Part shown: positions 39,335 through 48,229 of the stretch, piece after piece | How positions within the stretch are numbered: the first letter of the stretch is position 1 | How the letters are laid out: each line of letters begins with the position of its first letter | Source of the DNA: Acidimicrobiia bacterium | GTDB taxonomy: Bacteria; Acidobacteriota; Vicinamibacteria; Vicinamibacterales; CAVVIG01 | Assembly: GCA_016871175.1 (NCBI GenBank) | Contig: VFZL01000001.1 | Location: forward strand, 128,218 to 192,217 | Length of the DNA stretch: 64,000 nt | Direction of reading: 5' to 3' | Made by a program: the position numbers and the translations under genes | Notes under the pieces: generated by a model | The model's input: the letters and a program-made list of their open reading frames with translations, nothing else | Told to the model about the DNA's origin: nothing | Databases searched by the model: none

Positions 39335-41052
39335 GACACCACGCGGTGACGGCGCAATCCGGCCTTGAAGGCGTCGAAAGGACGCGTGTTCAACACATGT
39401 CGGGGCTCGAGCCACGCGCGTCGCGCGACGGTCGTTCCCCACCGCAGACGAGCGAAGCCGCGCGCGGAGTGTGCGTCGGTCGAGATCACAAGTGCGACCT
39501 CTCGCTCGCGCGCGACGCGTGCGTGGACGTCGCTCAGATCTAGGCGGTTGACTTGGCAATTGATCTGGAGGGCGGCCCCTGTCCGCGCCGCGGCATCGAC
39601 GATCGCGTCGATTTCGAATGGGTACGCCTCGCGCCGCAGGATCAGGCGTCCGCTCGGGTGACCGAGCACGTCCACGTGCGGGTGTTCGATCGCGCGGACC
39701 AACCGGTAGGTCATCTGCGCGCGCTCCATCCCAAACGCAGAATGCACGGAGACGATGACCACGTCCAGGGCGGCCAAGCACTCATCGTCGAGATCGAGCG
39801 TGCCGTCCGGCAGGATGTCGCACTCGATGCCGGCCAGCAGCCGGACGCCTGCGTGACCGTCTCGGGCGCGAATGCGCGCGGCGTGCTCCAACGCTCGCCG
39901 CTCGTCGAGGCCGTTGGCCATCGCGAGCGACTGGCTGTGGTCCGTGATGGCGATGTATTCGAGCCCGGCACAGGCGGCAGCCTCAGCCATGGCTTCGATC
40001 GAATCCTTCCCGTCGGTCTCCGTGCTATGCATGTGGAGGTCGCCCCGCAGTTGCCCGTGCTCCAGCAGGGACGGGAGCTGCCCACTGAGCGCAGCCTCGA
40101 CTTCACCGCGGTTCTCACGCAGCTCCGGGGGGACCCACGCCAGCCCCAGAGCGGCATACACTTCTTCTTCCGTGGCACCTGCCACCCGGCTGTCGTCCTC
40201 GACGCGGAACACTCCATACTCATTGAGCTTCAGGCCCAACCCAATCGCGCGCTCACGCAGCGCGATGTTGTGTGCCTTCGAGCCCATGAAGTACTGCAGG
40301 GCCGCGCCGTGGCTGTCCGGAGGCACGAGGCGCACGTCGGCTTGAAAGCCACTTTGGAGCAGCACGCTGGACTTCGTTCCGCCATGGCCCAGCACACGCT
40401 CGACCTGCGGGTAGCGTGCAAACGCGTCGAGGAGGGTGGCATCCGCGCCCGTCACCAGGAGGTCGATGTCGCCGCAGGTCTCGCTACCGCGCCGCAGGCT
40501 TTCAACGGGTGTGATCCGAGCCTCTGGAGCGTGCGCACGCAGGTACTCCACAAGGGCCTCGGCTGTCGCCGCGGCATCGAAGAGGAGGTGGCGCCCCGCG
40601 TACTGCTTGCGCTCGGCCAGGGCCTTGAGAATCAGAGCTTCCTTCTTTGGCCCCATCCCCTTGATGGACCGCACGCGTCCCGCGGTGCAGGCGGCTTCGA
40701 GGTCCTCGAGCGTCCGGACGCCGAGCTTGCGGTAGAGCGTGGCTACGGTCTTGGGTCCCACGCCCTGCAATCGGAGCATGTCGAGCACGCTCGGCGGAAA
40801 CTCGCCGACAAGCTCACGGTGATACGCGCAGTCTCCGGTCGTTGTGAGCTCGACGACCCGACCCGCGAGGTCCTTGCCGATCCCGGGAATCTCCCGCAGT
40901 CCCGCGGCGTCGAGCGTCGTCAGGTCGTGCGGGTGGTTGGAGACGATGTCAGCGCCGTTTCGATACGCGCGGATCTTGAAGGGGTTGTCGCCTTTGATCT
41001 CGAGCAGGTCGGCGATCTCGCGAAGGACGCGCGCGATGGCCTGGTTATCCAA
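39331..41052 (-). CDS. polX: DNA polymerase/3'-5' exonuclease PolX (Pol X core plus PHP domain)
   Basis: 573 aa. N-terminal HhH (FKIRAYRNGADIV...IPGIGKDLAGRV), pol-beta palm (GSLRRGSETCGDIDLLV equivalent) and C-terminal PHP (GDLHMHSTETDGKDSIE...ITDHS). Confidence 0.92.
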   Translation of the reverse strand: MDNQAIARVLREIADLLEIKGDNPFKIRAYRNGADIVSNHPHDLTTLDAAGLREIPGIGKDLAGRVVELTTTGDCAYHRELVGEFPPSVLDMLRLQGVGPKTVATLYRKLGVRTLEDLEAACTAGRVRSIKGMGPKKEALILKALAERKQYAGRHLLFDAAATAEALVEYLRAHAPEARITPVESLRRGSETCGDIDLLVTGADATLLDAFARYPQVERVLGHGGTKSSVLLQSGFQADVRLVPPDSHGAALQYFMGSKAHNIALRERAIGLGLKLNEYGVFRVEDDSRVAGATEEEVYAALGLAWVPPELRENRGEVEAALSGQLPSLLEHGQLRGDLHMHSTETDGKDSIEAMAEAAACAGLEYIAITDHSQSLAMANGLDERRALEHAARIRARDGHAGVRLLAGIECDILPDGTLDLDDECLAALDVVIVSVHSAFGMERAQMTYRLVRAIEHPHVDVLGHPSGRLILRREAYPFEIDAIVDAAARTGAALQINCQVNRLDLSDVHARVAREREVALVISTDAHSARGFARLRWGTTVARRAWLEPRHVLNTRPFDAFKAGLRRHRVVS

Positions 41053-42034
41053 CTCGTAGCCCTTCGGTCTCGATGCGGTAGTCTAGCAGCCGAGCGCCGC
41101 CGGTAGCGAGCGACGTCGCGATGGCGTCTCGCGAGGCCGGCGGACCGAAGCAGAAGAGGCAGCCCCCGCCTCCCGCGCCACACACCTTGGCGGCGGTCGC
41201 CCCAGCGCGCATCGCCCGTGCGATGAGCGACTCGATCGCGGGCGTGGTGACGCCTGGCGCGAGACGCTTCCGGGTCGTCCACTCATCGACGATCTGCCGA
41301 CCCACTTCGTCCCAGTCTCCGGCTACAAGCGCCGCGCGCATCCGACTGGCTGCGTCACGGATGCGCTCGAAGCACTCGAAGATCTCGCGGTCCCCGTCGA
41401 TGTGCTTCTTGGTGATCTCCCAGTTGTTCGTACCCGAATTGCGCGGCGCACCGGTGTACGCCAGGACGATGCGCCGCTCCAGCTCGTGCGGGTCGACCTG
41501 GAGCCCCACGCGCTTGATGCCGTCCACGCGGAGCTCGATGGCGGCGATGCCGCCGTAGAGGGCCGGCCGATAGTCCTGCACGCCCGTTGGGACCTTGATC
41601 GTCTGGCATTCGACGTTCATCGCCACCTGCAGCAGATCCTCCGCGGCCTCAGAGGCGGCCGTGTAGCGCGCCAGCGCGCCGCACGTGGCGATGGTGAGCG
41701 CCGAGGAGCCGGCGATGCCTGCGCCAGCGGGCGATTCGCCCCGTGTCGTGAGCGTTGCGTTCTCCAAGCGGTAATGACGCGCGAGCAGCGCGAGCAGCGG
41801 CAACGCATTGTCCGCGGTGAGCTCGGACCAGTGCGCCGCGTGCGATCGGCGGTCGGTGTCGAGCGAGACGAGCTCGACCCGCCCGTCCATTCGAGGCTCA
41901 ATCGTGGCGTGCGCCCGCAGGTTAATCGCCGCGTTGAGCGTCATCGCGTCCCAGTGAAACAGGTAGAGCGGCCAGATGTCGATAGTACCGCCGGCAAGAT
42001 CAATGCGGGTCGGAGCGGACGAGTCGAGGCGCAC
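41045..42034 (-). CDS. GHMP-family sugar kinase
   Basis: 329 aa. APTRIDLAGGTIDIWP and the GHMP motif PAGAGIAGSSALTIATCGAL. Its 3' end overlaps the polX start by 8 nt. Confidence 0.8.
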   Translation of the reverse strand: MRLDSSAPTRIDLAGGTIDIWPLYLFHWDAMTLNAAINLRAHATIEPRMDGRVELVSLDTDRRSHAAHWSELTADNALPLLALLARHYRLENATLTTRGESPAGAGIAGSSALTIATCGALARYTAASEAAEDLLQVAMNVECQTIKVPTGVQDYRPALYGGIAAIELRVDGIKRVGLQVDPHELERRIVLAYTGAPRNSGTNNWEITKKHIDGDREIFECFERIRDAASRMRAALVAGDWDEVGRQIVDEWTTRKRLAPGVTTPAIESLIARAMRAGATAAKVCGAGGGGCLFCFGPPASRDAIATSLATGGARLLDYRIETEGLRVG

Positions 42035-42066
42035 CGACGAATTATAGCGAGGTAGAATCTCTTCGA

Positions 42067-43164
42067 ATGTCGCCGTCCGCCCTTCGTCGTCAGATCGGCC
42101 AGTTGCTCATCGCCGGCTTCAATGGCACGGCAATCCCCGTCGAGCTGAAATCCCTCGCTCGTGAGTTCGGTTTGGGTGGCGTCATCCTCTTCGCGCGCAA
42201 TATCGCCTCGGTCGAACAGGTCGCGGAGGTGTGCTTTGAGGCGTCGCGCCTGACGCCCGACATGCCCGCGTGGGTCAGCGTGGATCAGGAGGGTGGGCGC
42301 GTCGCTCGCTTGAAGAGTCCCTTCACCGAATGGCCGCCGATGGCGACGTTGGGCCGGAGCGGCGACGTAACGCTCGCCGAGCGTTTTGCCCGCGCCCTCG
42401 CCACCGAGATGAAGACCATTGGCATCTCGCTCGACTACGCGCCGGTGCTCGATATCCACACCAATCCCAAGAACCCCGTCATCGGAGACCGCGCGCTGGC
42501 CGAAACTGCCGAAGACGTGGCGCGGCTGGGTCAGGCGATCATCCGGACGTTGCAGGCCGAGGGGATCGCGGCCTGCGGCAAGCACTTTCCGGGACACGGT
42601 GATACGAGCACGGACTCTCACTTGGAGCTGCCGCTCGTCGAACATCCACCGGAACGGCTGCGGGATGTCGAGTTGAAGCCGTTCAGGGCCGCGATCGACG
42701 CGGACGTGGCGACGATGATGACCGCCCATATCCTGATGCCCGCCTTGGACGAGGCGCGTCCGGCCACGCTCTCGAAACGGATCGTCACGGGCCTGCTGCG
42801 GGACGACCTCGGCTACGAAGGAGTCGTGCTCAGCGATGACCTCGAAATGAAAGCGATTGCCCGCGACTATCAGGTGCCGCCGGCCGCCGTGCTCGCCATC
42901 GAGGCTGGCTGCGATGGCGTCCTCATTTGCAGCGGTGACTGGGAAGCGCAGGGTGCTGCGCTGGAGGCGCTGGTTTACGCCGTTGAAGAGGAACGTCTGT
43001 CGCTCACGCGGATCGAGGAGGCGCTGAAGCGGCAGCGCCGAGCGAAGGAGCGATTCCTTCCATCACGACCCTCACTGCGGCCGGCGTCGCTCAAAGCACT
43101 GCAGCAGACACTCGGCCAGGATGCTCACCTCCGCGTGGCCGAAGAGATGGCACGGTTCTCGTGA
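42067..43164 (+). CDS. nagZ: Beta-N-acetylhexosaminidase (GH3)
   Basis: 365 aa. ...VILFARNI...SVDQEGGRVARL...KHFPGHGDTSTDSH... Confidence 0.9.
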   Translation: MSPSALRRQIGQLLIAGFNGTAIPVELKSLAREFGLGGVILFARNIASVEQVAEVCFEASRLTPDMPAWVSVDQEGGRVARLKSPFTEWPPMATLGRSGDVTLAERFARALATEMKTIGISLDYAPVLDIHTNPKNPVIGDRALAETAEDVARLGQAIIRTLQAEGIAACGKHFPGHGDTSTDSHLELPLVEHPPERLRDVELKPFRAAIDADVATMMTAHILMPALDEARPATLSKRIVTGLLRDDLGYEGVVLSDDLEMKAIARDYQVPPAAVLAIEAGCDGVLICSGDWEAQGAALEALVYAVEEERLSLTRIEEALKRQRRAKERFLPSRPSLRPASLKALQQTLGQDAHLRVAEEMARFS

Positions 43165-44087
43165 TCCGGAAGCCCCGCGCGATCGTGCCCGGCGATCGGA
43201 TCGCCGTCGTCGCACCCGCGAGCGCCTTTGACCAAGAGCAGTTCGCGTGCGGTATCGAGGAGTTGCGCCGTCTCGGCTTCGAGCCGGTGTACGACGACTC
43301 AGTGTTCGCCCGCCACCGATATCTGGCTGGTCCCCCAGCGCTGCGGGTGGCGGCGATCCATCGAGCGTGGGTCGATCCGACGATTGCCGCCGTGATCGCG
43401 GTCCGTGGCGGCTACGGCAGCGCGCAGCTTCTGCCGCTGCTGGATCCTGCGACGGCGGCGCGGGCCTGCAAGCCGCTGATCGGGTATAGCGACATCACGG
43501 CGCTCTTGAACTTCCAGGTGTTGACCTGCGGTGTCGTGGCGTTTCATGGTCCGATGCTCGACCGACGGCTGGGCCGGGGCGAGCGAGGATACGATCGCGA
43601 GACCTTCATCCGTGCCCTCTGCCACGCGGCGCCGCTCGGGGAGCTTGCGCCAAGTGGGCTCGAGGTGATACGGCCAGGGGAGGCAGGCGGCGTGCTCCTC
43701 GGGGGCACATTGACCCAGCTGCTGGCGTCGCTCGGTACGCCGTACGCGTGGAATCCGCCGACCGGCTTCGTCTTCCTGCTTGAGGAAGTGAGCGAGCGGC
43801 CGTATCGCTTGGATCGGATGGTCACACAGGCTCGCCAAGCCGGTTTGCTCGCACGGGCGTCTGCTGTGATCATCGGCGAGTTGCCGGATTGTGACGAACC
43901 GTCAGGTGACGTGCGCGGCCGTAGCGTCATGGCCGACCTCTTCGCCGACTTTCCCGGGCCGGTCCTGCTGGGCTTTCCGACCGGGCACACCGTCGGACCC
44001 TCGATGACGTTGCCGCTTGGCGTGTCGTGCCGCGTCATCGCCGATGGACGCCCGCGGGTGATTATCGAGGAGGCGGCAGTCGCTTGA
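43161..44087 (+). CDS. ldcA: LD-carboxypeptidase (peptidase S66, muramoyltetrapeptide carboxypeptidase)
   Basis: 308 aa. ...IAVVAPAS...VRGGYGSAQLLP...IGYSDITALL...GFPTGH. Start overlaps the nagZ stop. Confidence 0.88.
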   Translation: MIRKPRAIVPGDRIAVVAPASAFDQEQFACGIEELRRLGFEPVYDDSVFARHRYLAGPPALRVAAIHRAWVDPTIAAVIAVRGGYGSAQLLPLLDPATAARACKPLIGYSDITALLNFQVLTCGVVAFHGPMLDRRLGRGERGYDRETFIRALCHAAPLGELAPSGLEVIRPGEAGGVLLGGTLTQLLASLGTPYAWNPPTGFVFLLEEVSERPYRLDRMVTQARQAGLLARASAVIIGELPDCDEPSGDVRGRSVMADLFADFPGPVLLGFPTGHTVGPSMTLPLGVSCRVIADGRPRVIIEEAAVA

Positions 44088-44126
44088 GCCATGAGCCGGT
44101 GGGCAGGCACGCAGGGTGAGTCAAGA

Positions 44127-44199
44127 GACGTGCGACTGATGACGTGTGACTGATGACGTGTGACTGATGACGTGTGACTGATGACGTGTGACTGATGAC
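44127..44199. repeat. Tandem repeat of a 14-bp unit GACGTGTGACTGAT x5 (first unit has one mismatch) plus a 3-nt partial unit
   Basis: Units lie at 44127-44140 (gacgtgCgactgat), 44141-44154, 44155-44168, 44169-44182 and 44183-44196. The mpl ATG (44195-44197) is formed by the end of unit 5. Confidence 0.95.
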
Positions 44200-45607
44200 T
44201 GGCCAGCTGCTTCGTGTGCACTTGATTGGCGTCTGCGGCACGGCGATGGCCACGCTGGCCGCCTTGCTCAAACGCAAGGAATTCGACGTGCGCGGATCGG
44301 ATCAGGACGTGTATCCGCCCATGAGCGATTTTCTCGCGGCAGAGGGCATCACGACGTTCAGTGGCTATTGCGGAGAGCACATCACGTCTGATCTCGATCT
44401 CGTGGTTGTTGGGAACGCCATCTCCCGTGGGAATCCGGAGCTCGAAGAGGTCCTCGATCGCAAGATCCGCTACTGCTCGTTGCCCGAAGCGATCCGGGAG
44501 CACTTCCTTTGGGCCTCGCGGTCCATCGTCCTCGCGGGGACGCATGGCAAGACGACGACGACGGCGTTGACGGGGTGGGTATTGGCGCACGCGGGCGTGG
44601 ACCCCAGCGTGCTCGTTGGCGGCATCGCGCGCAATTTCGGGGAGCAGGGGTCGAGCTATCGGCTCGGGCGCGGCCGCGAGTTCGTCATCGAGGGCGATGA
44701 ATACGACAGCGCGTTCTTCGATAAGACCGCCAAGTTCCTGAAGTACCTCCCGGACATCGCCGTCATCAGTAACATCGAATTCGACCATGCTGACATCTAT
44801 GCGGACATCGACGCGGTACGCGTGGCGTTCCGCCGGCTCGTGACGCTCGTCCCGCGTGGTGGTCTGCTCCTGCTCGGCTCGGATAGTCCGGATGCGGCGG
44901 CGCTGCAACGGAAGGCGGTCTCCCGCGTCGAAACGTTCGGTCTGTCCCACGGCGCGGATTGGCAGGCGCACGACCTCGTGGCCGATAAGCGCACGACGCG
45001 GTTCGTGGTCCGGTGGCAGGGTAATCCATTTGGCATGTTCGAGCTGCCGCTGCTTGGACAGCACAACGTCCGTAATGCCCTGGCCACCATCGCCGTCGCG
45101 ACCGAGGTCGGCATCAGCCCCGCGCGCATCGCGGAGGGTCTGCACACCTTCGCCGGGGTGAAGCGGCGGCTCGAGGCGGTGGGGACAGTGGGCGACGTGA
45201 CGCTGTACGACGACTTCGCCCATCACCCGACGGCAGTGGCCGAAACCTTGGCGGGGTTGCGTGCCTCGAATCCGGACGCGCGGATTTGGGCGGTGTTCGA
45301 ACCGCGTTCCGCGTCCTCCTGCCGTCGGGTGTTTCAAGATGACTTTGCGCGCGCGTTCTCCGGCGCCGATCAGGTGCTGATCGCCCCGGTGTTTCGATCG
45401 ACGCTCCCGGAGGACGAGCGCCTGTCGACTGCGCAGCTGGTGGCCGACGTGAAGCGCACAGGCCGGCAGGCGCGCGAGGGTCGTTCGATTGACGAGATGG
45501 TCGAGATCGTGGCCCGCGAGCATCAGCCGGGCGATCTGATCGTCGTCATGTCCAACGGCGGCTTCGGAGGCATTCATCAGAAGCTGCTGCGAGCATTGCA
45601 GAGGTGA
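44195..45607 (+). CDS. mpl: UDP-N-acetylmuramate:L-alanyl-gamma-D-glutamyl-meso-diaminopimelate ligase
   Basis: 470 aa. VHLIGVCGTAMATLAALL, GTHGKTTTTAL and full-length Mur ligase architecture, next to nagZ and ldcA. Confidence 0.9.
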   Translation: MTGQLLRVHLIGVCGTAMATLAALLKRKEFDVRGSDQDVYPPMSDFLAAEGITTFSGYCGEHITSDLDLVVVGNAISRGNPELEEVLDRKIRYCSLPEAIREHFLWASRSIVLAGTHGKTTTTALTGWVLAHAGVDPSVLVGGIARNFGEQGSSYRLGRGREFVIEGDEYDSAFFDKTAKFLKYLPDIAVISNIEFDHADIYADIDAVRVAFRRLVTLVPRGGLLLLGSDSPDAAALQRKAVSRVETFGLSHGADWQAHDLVADKRTTRFVVRWQGNPFGMFELPLLGQHNVRNALATIAVATEVGISPARIAEGLHTFAGVKRRLEAVGTVGDVTLYDDFAHHPTAVAETLAGLRASNPDARIWAVFEPRSASSCRRVFQDDFARAFSGADQVLIAPVFRSTLPEDERLSTAQLVADVKRTGRQAREGRSIDEMVEIVAREHQPGDLIVVMSNGGFGGIHQKLLRALQR

Positions 45608-46350
45608 TGCGCGAGTTCTCCATCACGACCCTCGGCGACGCGGGGTGGCTCCTCGAGTTCGCCGATCGGCTGGACGCCGCAATCAATGCCCGTGTGGTCT
45701 GGGTCGCAGACGACGTCCGCCGTGCCGAATACCCGGGCGTGCGAGATGTGGTGCCGGCGTTCCATTCGCTAGCCGTGTACTTCGATCCCCTCAGGACCGA
45801 CGCCGATCGGTTGCGCGCGGCGCTCGAGGCGTCTGCGGCGGCAAGCCGGGACGCCCCGATCTCGTCGGCGACTCCACGCGAGGTGCCCGTGCGCTACGGC
45901 GGTGAGCACGGTCCCGATCTCGATTGGATGATCAGTTCGACGGGCGTGTCCCGCGACGAGATCATCGCCATGCACGCAGCGCCCATCTATCGCGTGTACA
46001 TGATCGGTTTCACGCCGGGGTTCGCGTACCTCGGGACCGTCGATTCGCGCATTGCCGTGCCCCGGCACGCGACCCCGCGTGTGCGCGTGCCGGCGGGCTC
46101 GGTCGGCATCGCAGGCCAGCAGACCGGCATCTATCCCTCGGAGACACCGGGTGGGTGGCGTGTGATCGGCCGCACGCCGTTCCGTCCGTTTCAGCCGCTG
46201 CGGCCGGATCCGTTCCTCCTCAAGCCCGGCGATACGGTGCGATTCGCGCCGATGGACGAGGAGTCGTATCGCCGTCAGACCAACACGTCCGCGGAGGCGC
46301 GCGAACGGCGGGACGGATCACGCGACGGCTCGCCTGGTGGGCCCGGCTGA
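45604..46350 (+). CDS. pxpB: 5-oxoprolinase subunit PxpB (allophanate hydrolase subunit 1 / KipI family)
   Basis: 248 aa. ...AFHSLAVYFDP...YRVYMIGFTPGFAYLG...PRVRVPAGSVGIAGQQTGIYP.ETPGGW..IGRT. Confidence 0.88.
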   Translation: MMREFSITTLGDAGWLLEFADRLDAAINARVVWVADDVRRAEYPGVRDVVPAFHSLAVYFDPLRTDADRLRAALEASAAASRDAPISSATPREVPVRYGGEHGPDLDWMISSTGVSRDEIIAMHAAPIYRVYMIGFTPGFAYLGTVDSRIAVPRHATPRVRVPAGSVGIAGQQTGIYPSETPGGWRVIGRTPFRPFQPLRPDPFLLKPGDTVRFAPMDEESYRRQTNTSAEARERRDGSRDGSPGGPG

Positions 46351-47276
46351 TGGCGAGCCTGCTGGTGCTCAGACCTGGGCTGCTCTCGACGGTCCAAGAT
46401 CTCGGCCGCTGGGGCTGGCAAGCGTTCGGTGTGTCGGCATCCGGGCCCATGGATTCGCGCGCGCATCGGCTAGCCAACGCGCTGGTCGGTAATCCGCCAG
46501 AAGCGGCCACGCTTGAAATCACGCTGGTCGGTCCCGAACTGGCCTTCGATGACGAGCGCGTGGTTGCGATCTGCGGGGCGGACTTCGTCGTGACGGTGGG
46601 CGACCACTTGGCGTCGCACGCCGCCTCATTCCGTGTGCCGGCGGGCGGACATCTGCGCTTCGGGCGGCGAGGCCGGGGCACGCGCGCATACCTGGCCGTC
46701 GAAGGTGGCTTGGCGGTCGCGTCGGTCCTCGGGAGCCGGTCGACGCACGTGCCGAGCGGCATGGGCGGCCATGCCGGTCGCCCGCTGACGACCGACGACC
46801 GGGTGCCGCTGGGGCCGAAACACCCGCAGCGCTCAGCCGGGCGGCGGGCGCCTACGGTGGAAATGCCAGACGGGCGCGCGCGGTTGCGCGTGCTGCCGAT
46901 CGAGAACACCAGCCACTTTCCGACCGAGGCCCTTGCCCAGCTCCAGTCAGAGCCCTACACGCTCCGCCCAGAATCCAATCGAATGGGGTATCGTCTCGTG
47001 GGACCCGTGGTGGCCAGCGAGACCACGGGGACCCTGCTGAGCCAGCCGTCGCCGATCGGCTCGATCCAGGTGCCGCCAGACGGCCAACCGATTCTCCTCA
47101 TGGCGGACCGACAGACAACTGGGGGATATCCTGTGCTGGGTACCGTGATCTCGGCAGACCTGGGGCTGGCCGGACAATTGGGACCCGGTGACACGGTGTC
47201 GTTCACCGTGTGCACGCGCCAGGAAGCGCTGGCGGCCTTGATTGCGCAGGAGCGCCTGCTGATGGCGCCGCGATGA
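46350..47276 (+). CDS. pxpC: 5-oxoprolinase subunit PxpC (allophanate hydrolase subunit 2 / KipA family)
   Basis: ATG 46350 overlaps the pxpB stop. LLVLRPGLLSTVQDLGRWGWQAFGVSASGPMD...SNRMGYRL...GSIQVPPDGQPILLMADRQTTGGYP. Confidence 0.88.
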   Translation: MASLLVLRPGLLSTVQDLGRWGWQAFGVSASGPMDSRAHRLANALVGNPPEAATLEITLVGPELAFDDERVVAICGADFVVTVGDHLASHAASFRVPAGGHLRFGRRGRGTRAYLAVEGGLAVASVLGSRSTHVPSGMGGHAGRPLTTDDRVPLGPKHPQRSAGRRAPTVEMPDGRARLRVLPIENTSHFPTEALAQLQSEPYTLRPESNRMGYRLVGPVVASETTGTLLSQPSPIGSIQVPPDGQPILLMADRQTTGGYPVLGTVISADLGLAGQLGPGDTVSFTVCTRQEALAALIAQERLLMAPR

Positions 47277-48229
47277 GTGCGTTTGGCGGGGCCCTTCGAC
47301 GGGCGTTCGGCACGGCCCGTGTGTGGGAACAGCGGCCGCTGGCACCCCTGACGACGTTTCGGGTGGGTGGACCCGCCGAGTACCTCGTCGAGACGCGCTC
47401 CAGCGACGAGATCGTGACCGCGCACGCGCTGGCACGGCAACACGACGTTCCGGTCACCATGCTCGGCGGCGGGTCGAACGTGCTGGTCGCGGACGCTGGG
47501 ATACGCGGGCTGGTGATTCGTCCCCGCGGCGGTCTCATTCAGGCGGTGGACGAATCGTACGTGCGCGCCGACGCGGCGGCGACCATCAACGGTCTCGGAC
47601 GCTGGACGATCCTGCACGGTCTGGGCGGGCTCGAACGCTGGGCCGGAACGCCCGGCACCGTCGGAGGCGCGATCTACGGCAACGCGCACTTCGGTGGCCG
47701 TCTGATCAGCGACCACGTCGCGAACGTCTGCCTCATCGACCGCGACGGCCACCCAATCGACGTCCCAGCGGCCGGGATGGGCTTTGGCTACGACCAGAGC
47801 CGACTGCAAGGCAGCGGCGAGGTGCTGCTGTGGGCGACGTTCCAGGTGTCGCGCGAAGAGCCCGAGGTCTTGCGTGCCGCGGCACGCGAATCGCTGGCCT
47901 ACCGCAAGCGAACGCAGCCGCTCGACACGCCCAGCGCCGGCTGTGTGTTCCGCAATCCCGAGCCGGGTCGTGACCGCGTGCCGGAGGGGATTCGCTGGTC
48001 GGCCGGCGCGCTGGTCGATCGCGCAGGGCTCAAGGGTGTCGGGATTGGTGGTGCCCGGGTCTCGACCGTTCACGGCAACTTCATCGTGAACGAGGGAGGC
48101 GCGACCGCAGCCGACATCCACGCGCTTATCGAACGGTGTCGCGTCGAGGTGCAGCGACAGTTCGGCGTCGAGCTCCGCGAAGAGGTCGTCTTCCTCGGCG
48201 AGTCCAACTATGTCCACACTGCTCATTGA
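47273..48229 (+). CDS. murB: UDP-N-acetylenolpyruvoylglucosamine reductase
   Basis: ATG 47273 overlaps the pxpC stop. LAPLTTFRVGGPAEYLVE...LGGGSNVLV...AGCVFRNP...GGARVS..H.NFIVN. Confidence 0.93.
   Translation: MSAFGGALRRAFGTARVWEQRPLAPLTTFRVGGPAEYLVETRSSDEIVTAHALARQHDVPVTMLGGGSNVLVADAGIRGLVIRPRGGLIQAVDESYVRADAAATINGLGRWTILHGLGGLERWAGTPGTVGGAIYGNAHFGGRLISDHVANVCLIDRDGHPIDVPAAGMGFGYDQSRLQGSGEVLLWATFQVSREEPEVLRAAARESLAYRKRTQPLDTPSAGCVFRNPEPGRDRVPEGIRWSAGALVDRAGLKGVGIGGARVSTVHGNFIVNEGGATAADIHALIERCRVEVQRQFGVELREEVVFLGESNYVHTAH

Noticed and set aside
44127-44199. CRISPR array
   Set aside because: The units are 14 bp and directly abutting with no spacers, there are no cas genes, and the array is only ~70 bp long. 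It is a simple tandem repeat.
43544-45577. 677-aa minus-strand ORF
   Set aside because: It is antisense to ldcA and mpl, both of which have unambiguous homology. Its translation is Arg/His/Pro-rich with no motifs, and it runs straight through the 14-bp repeat.
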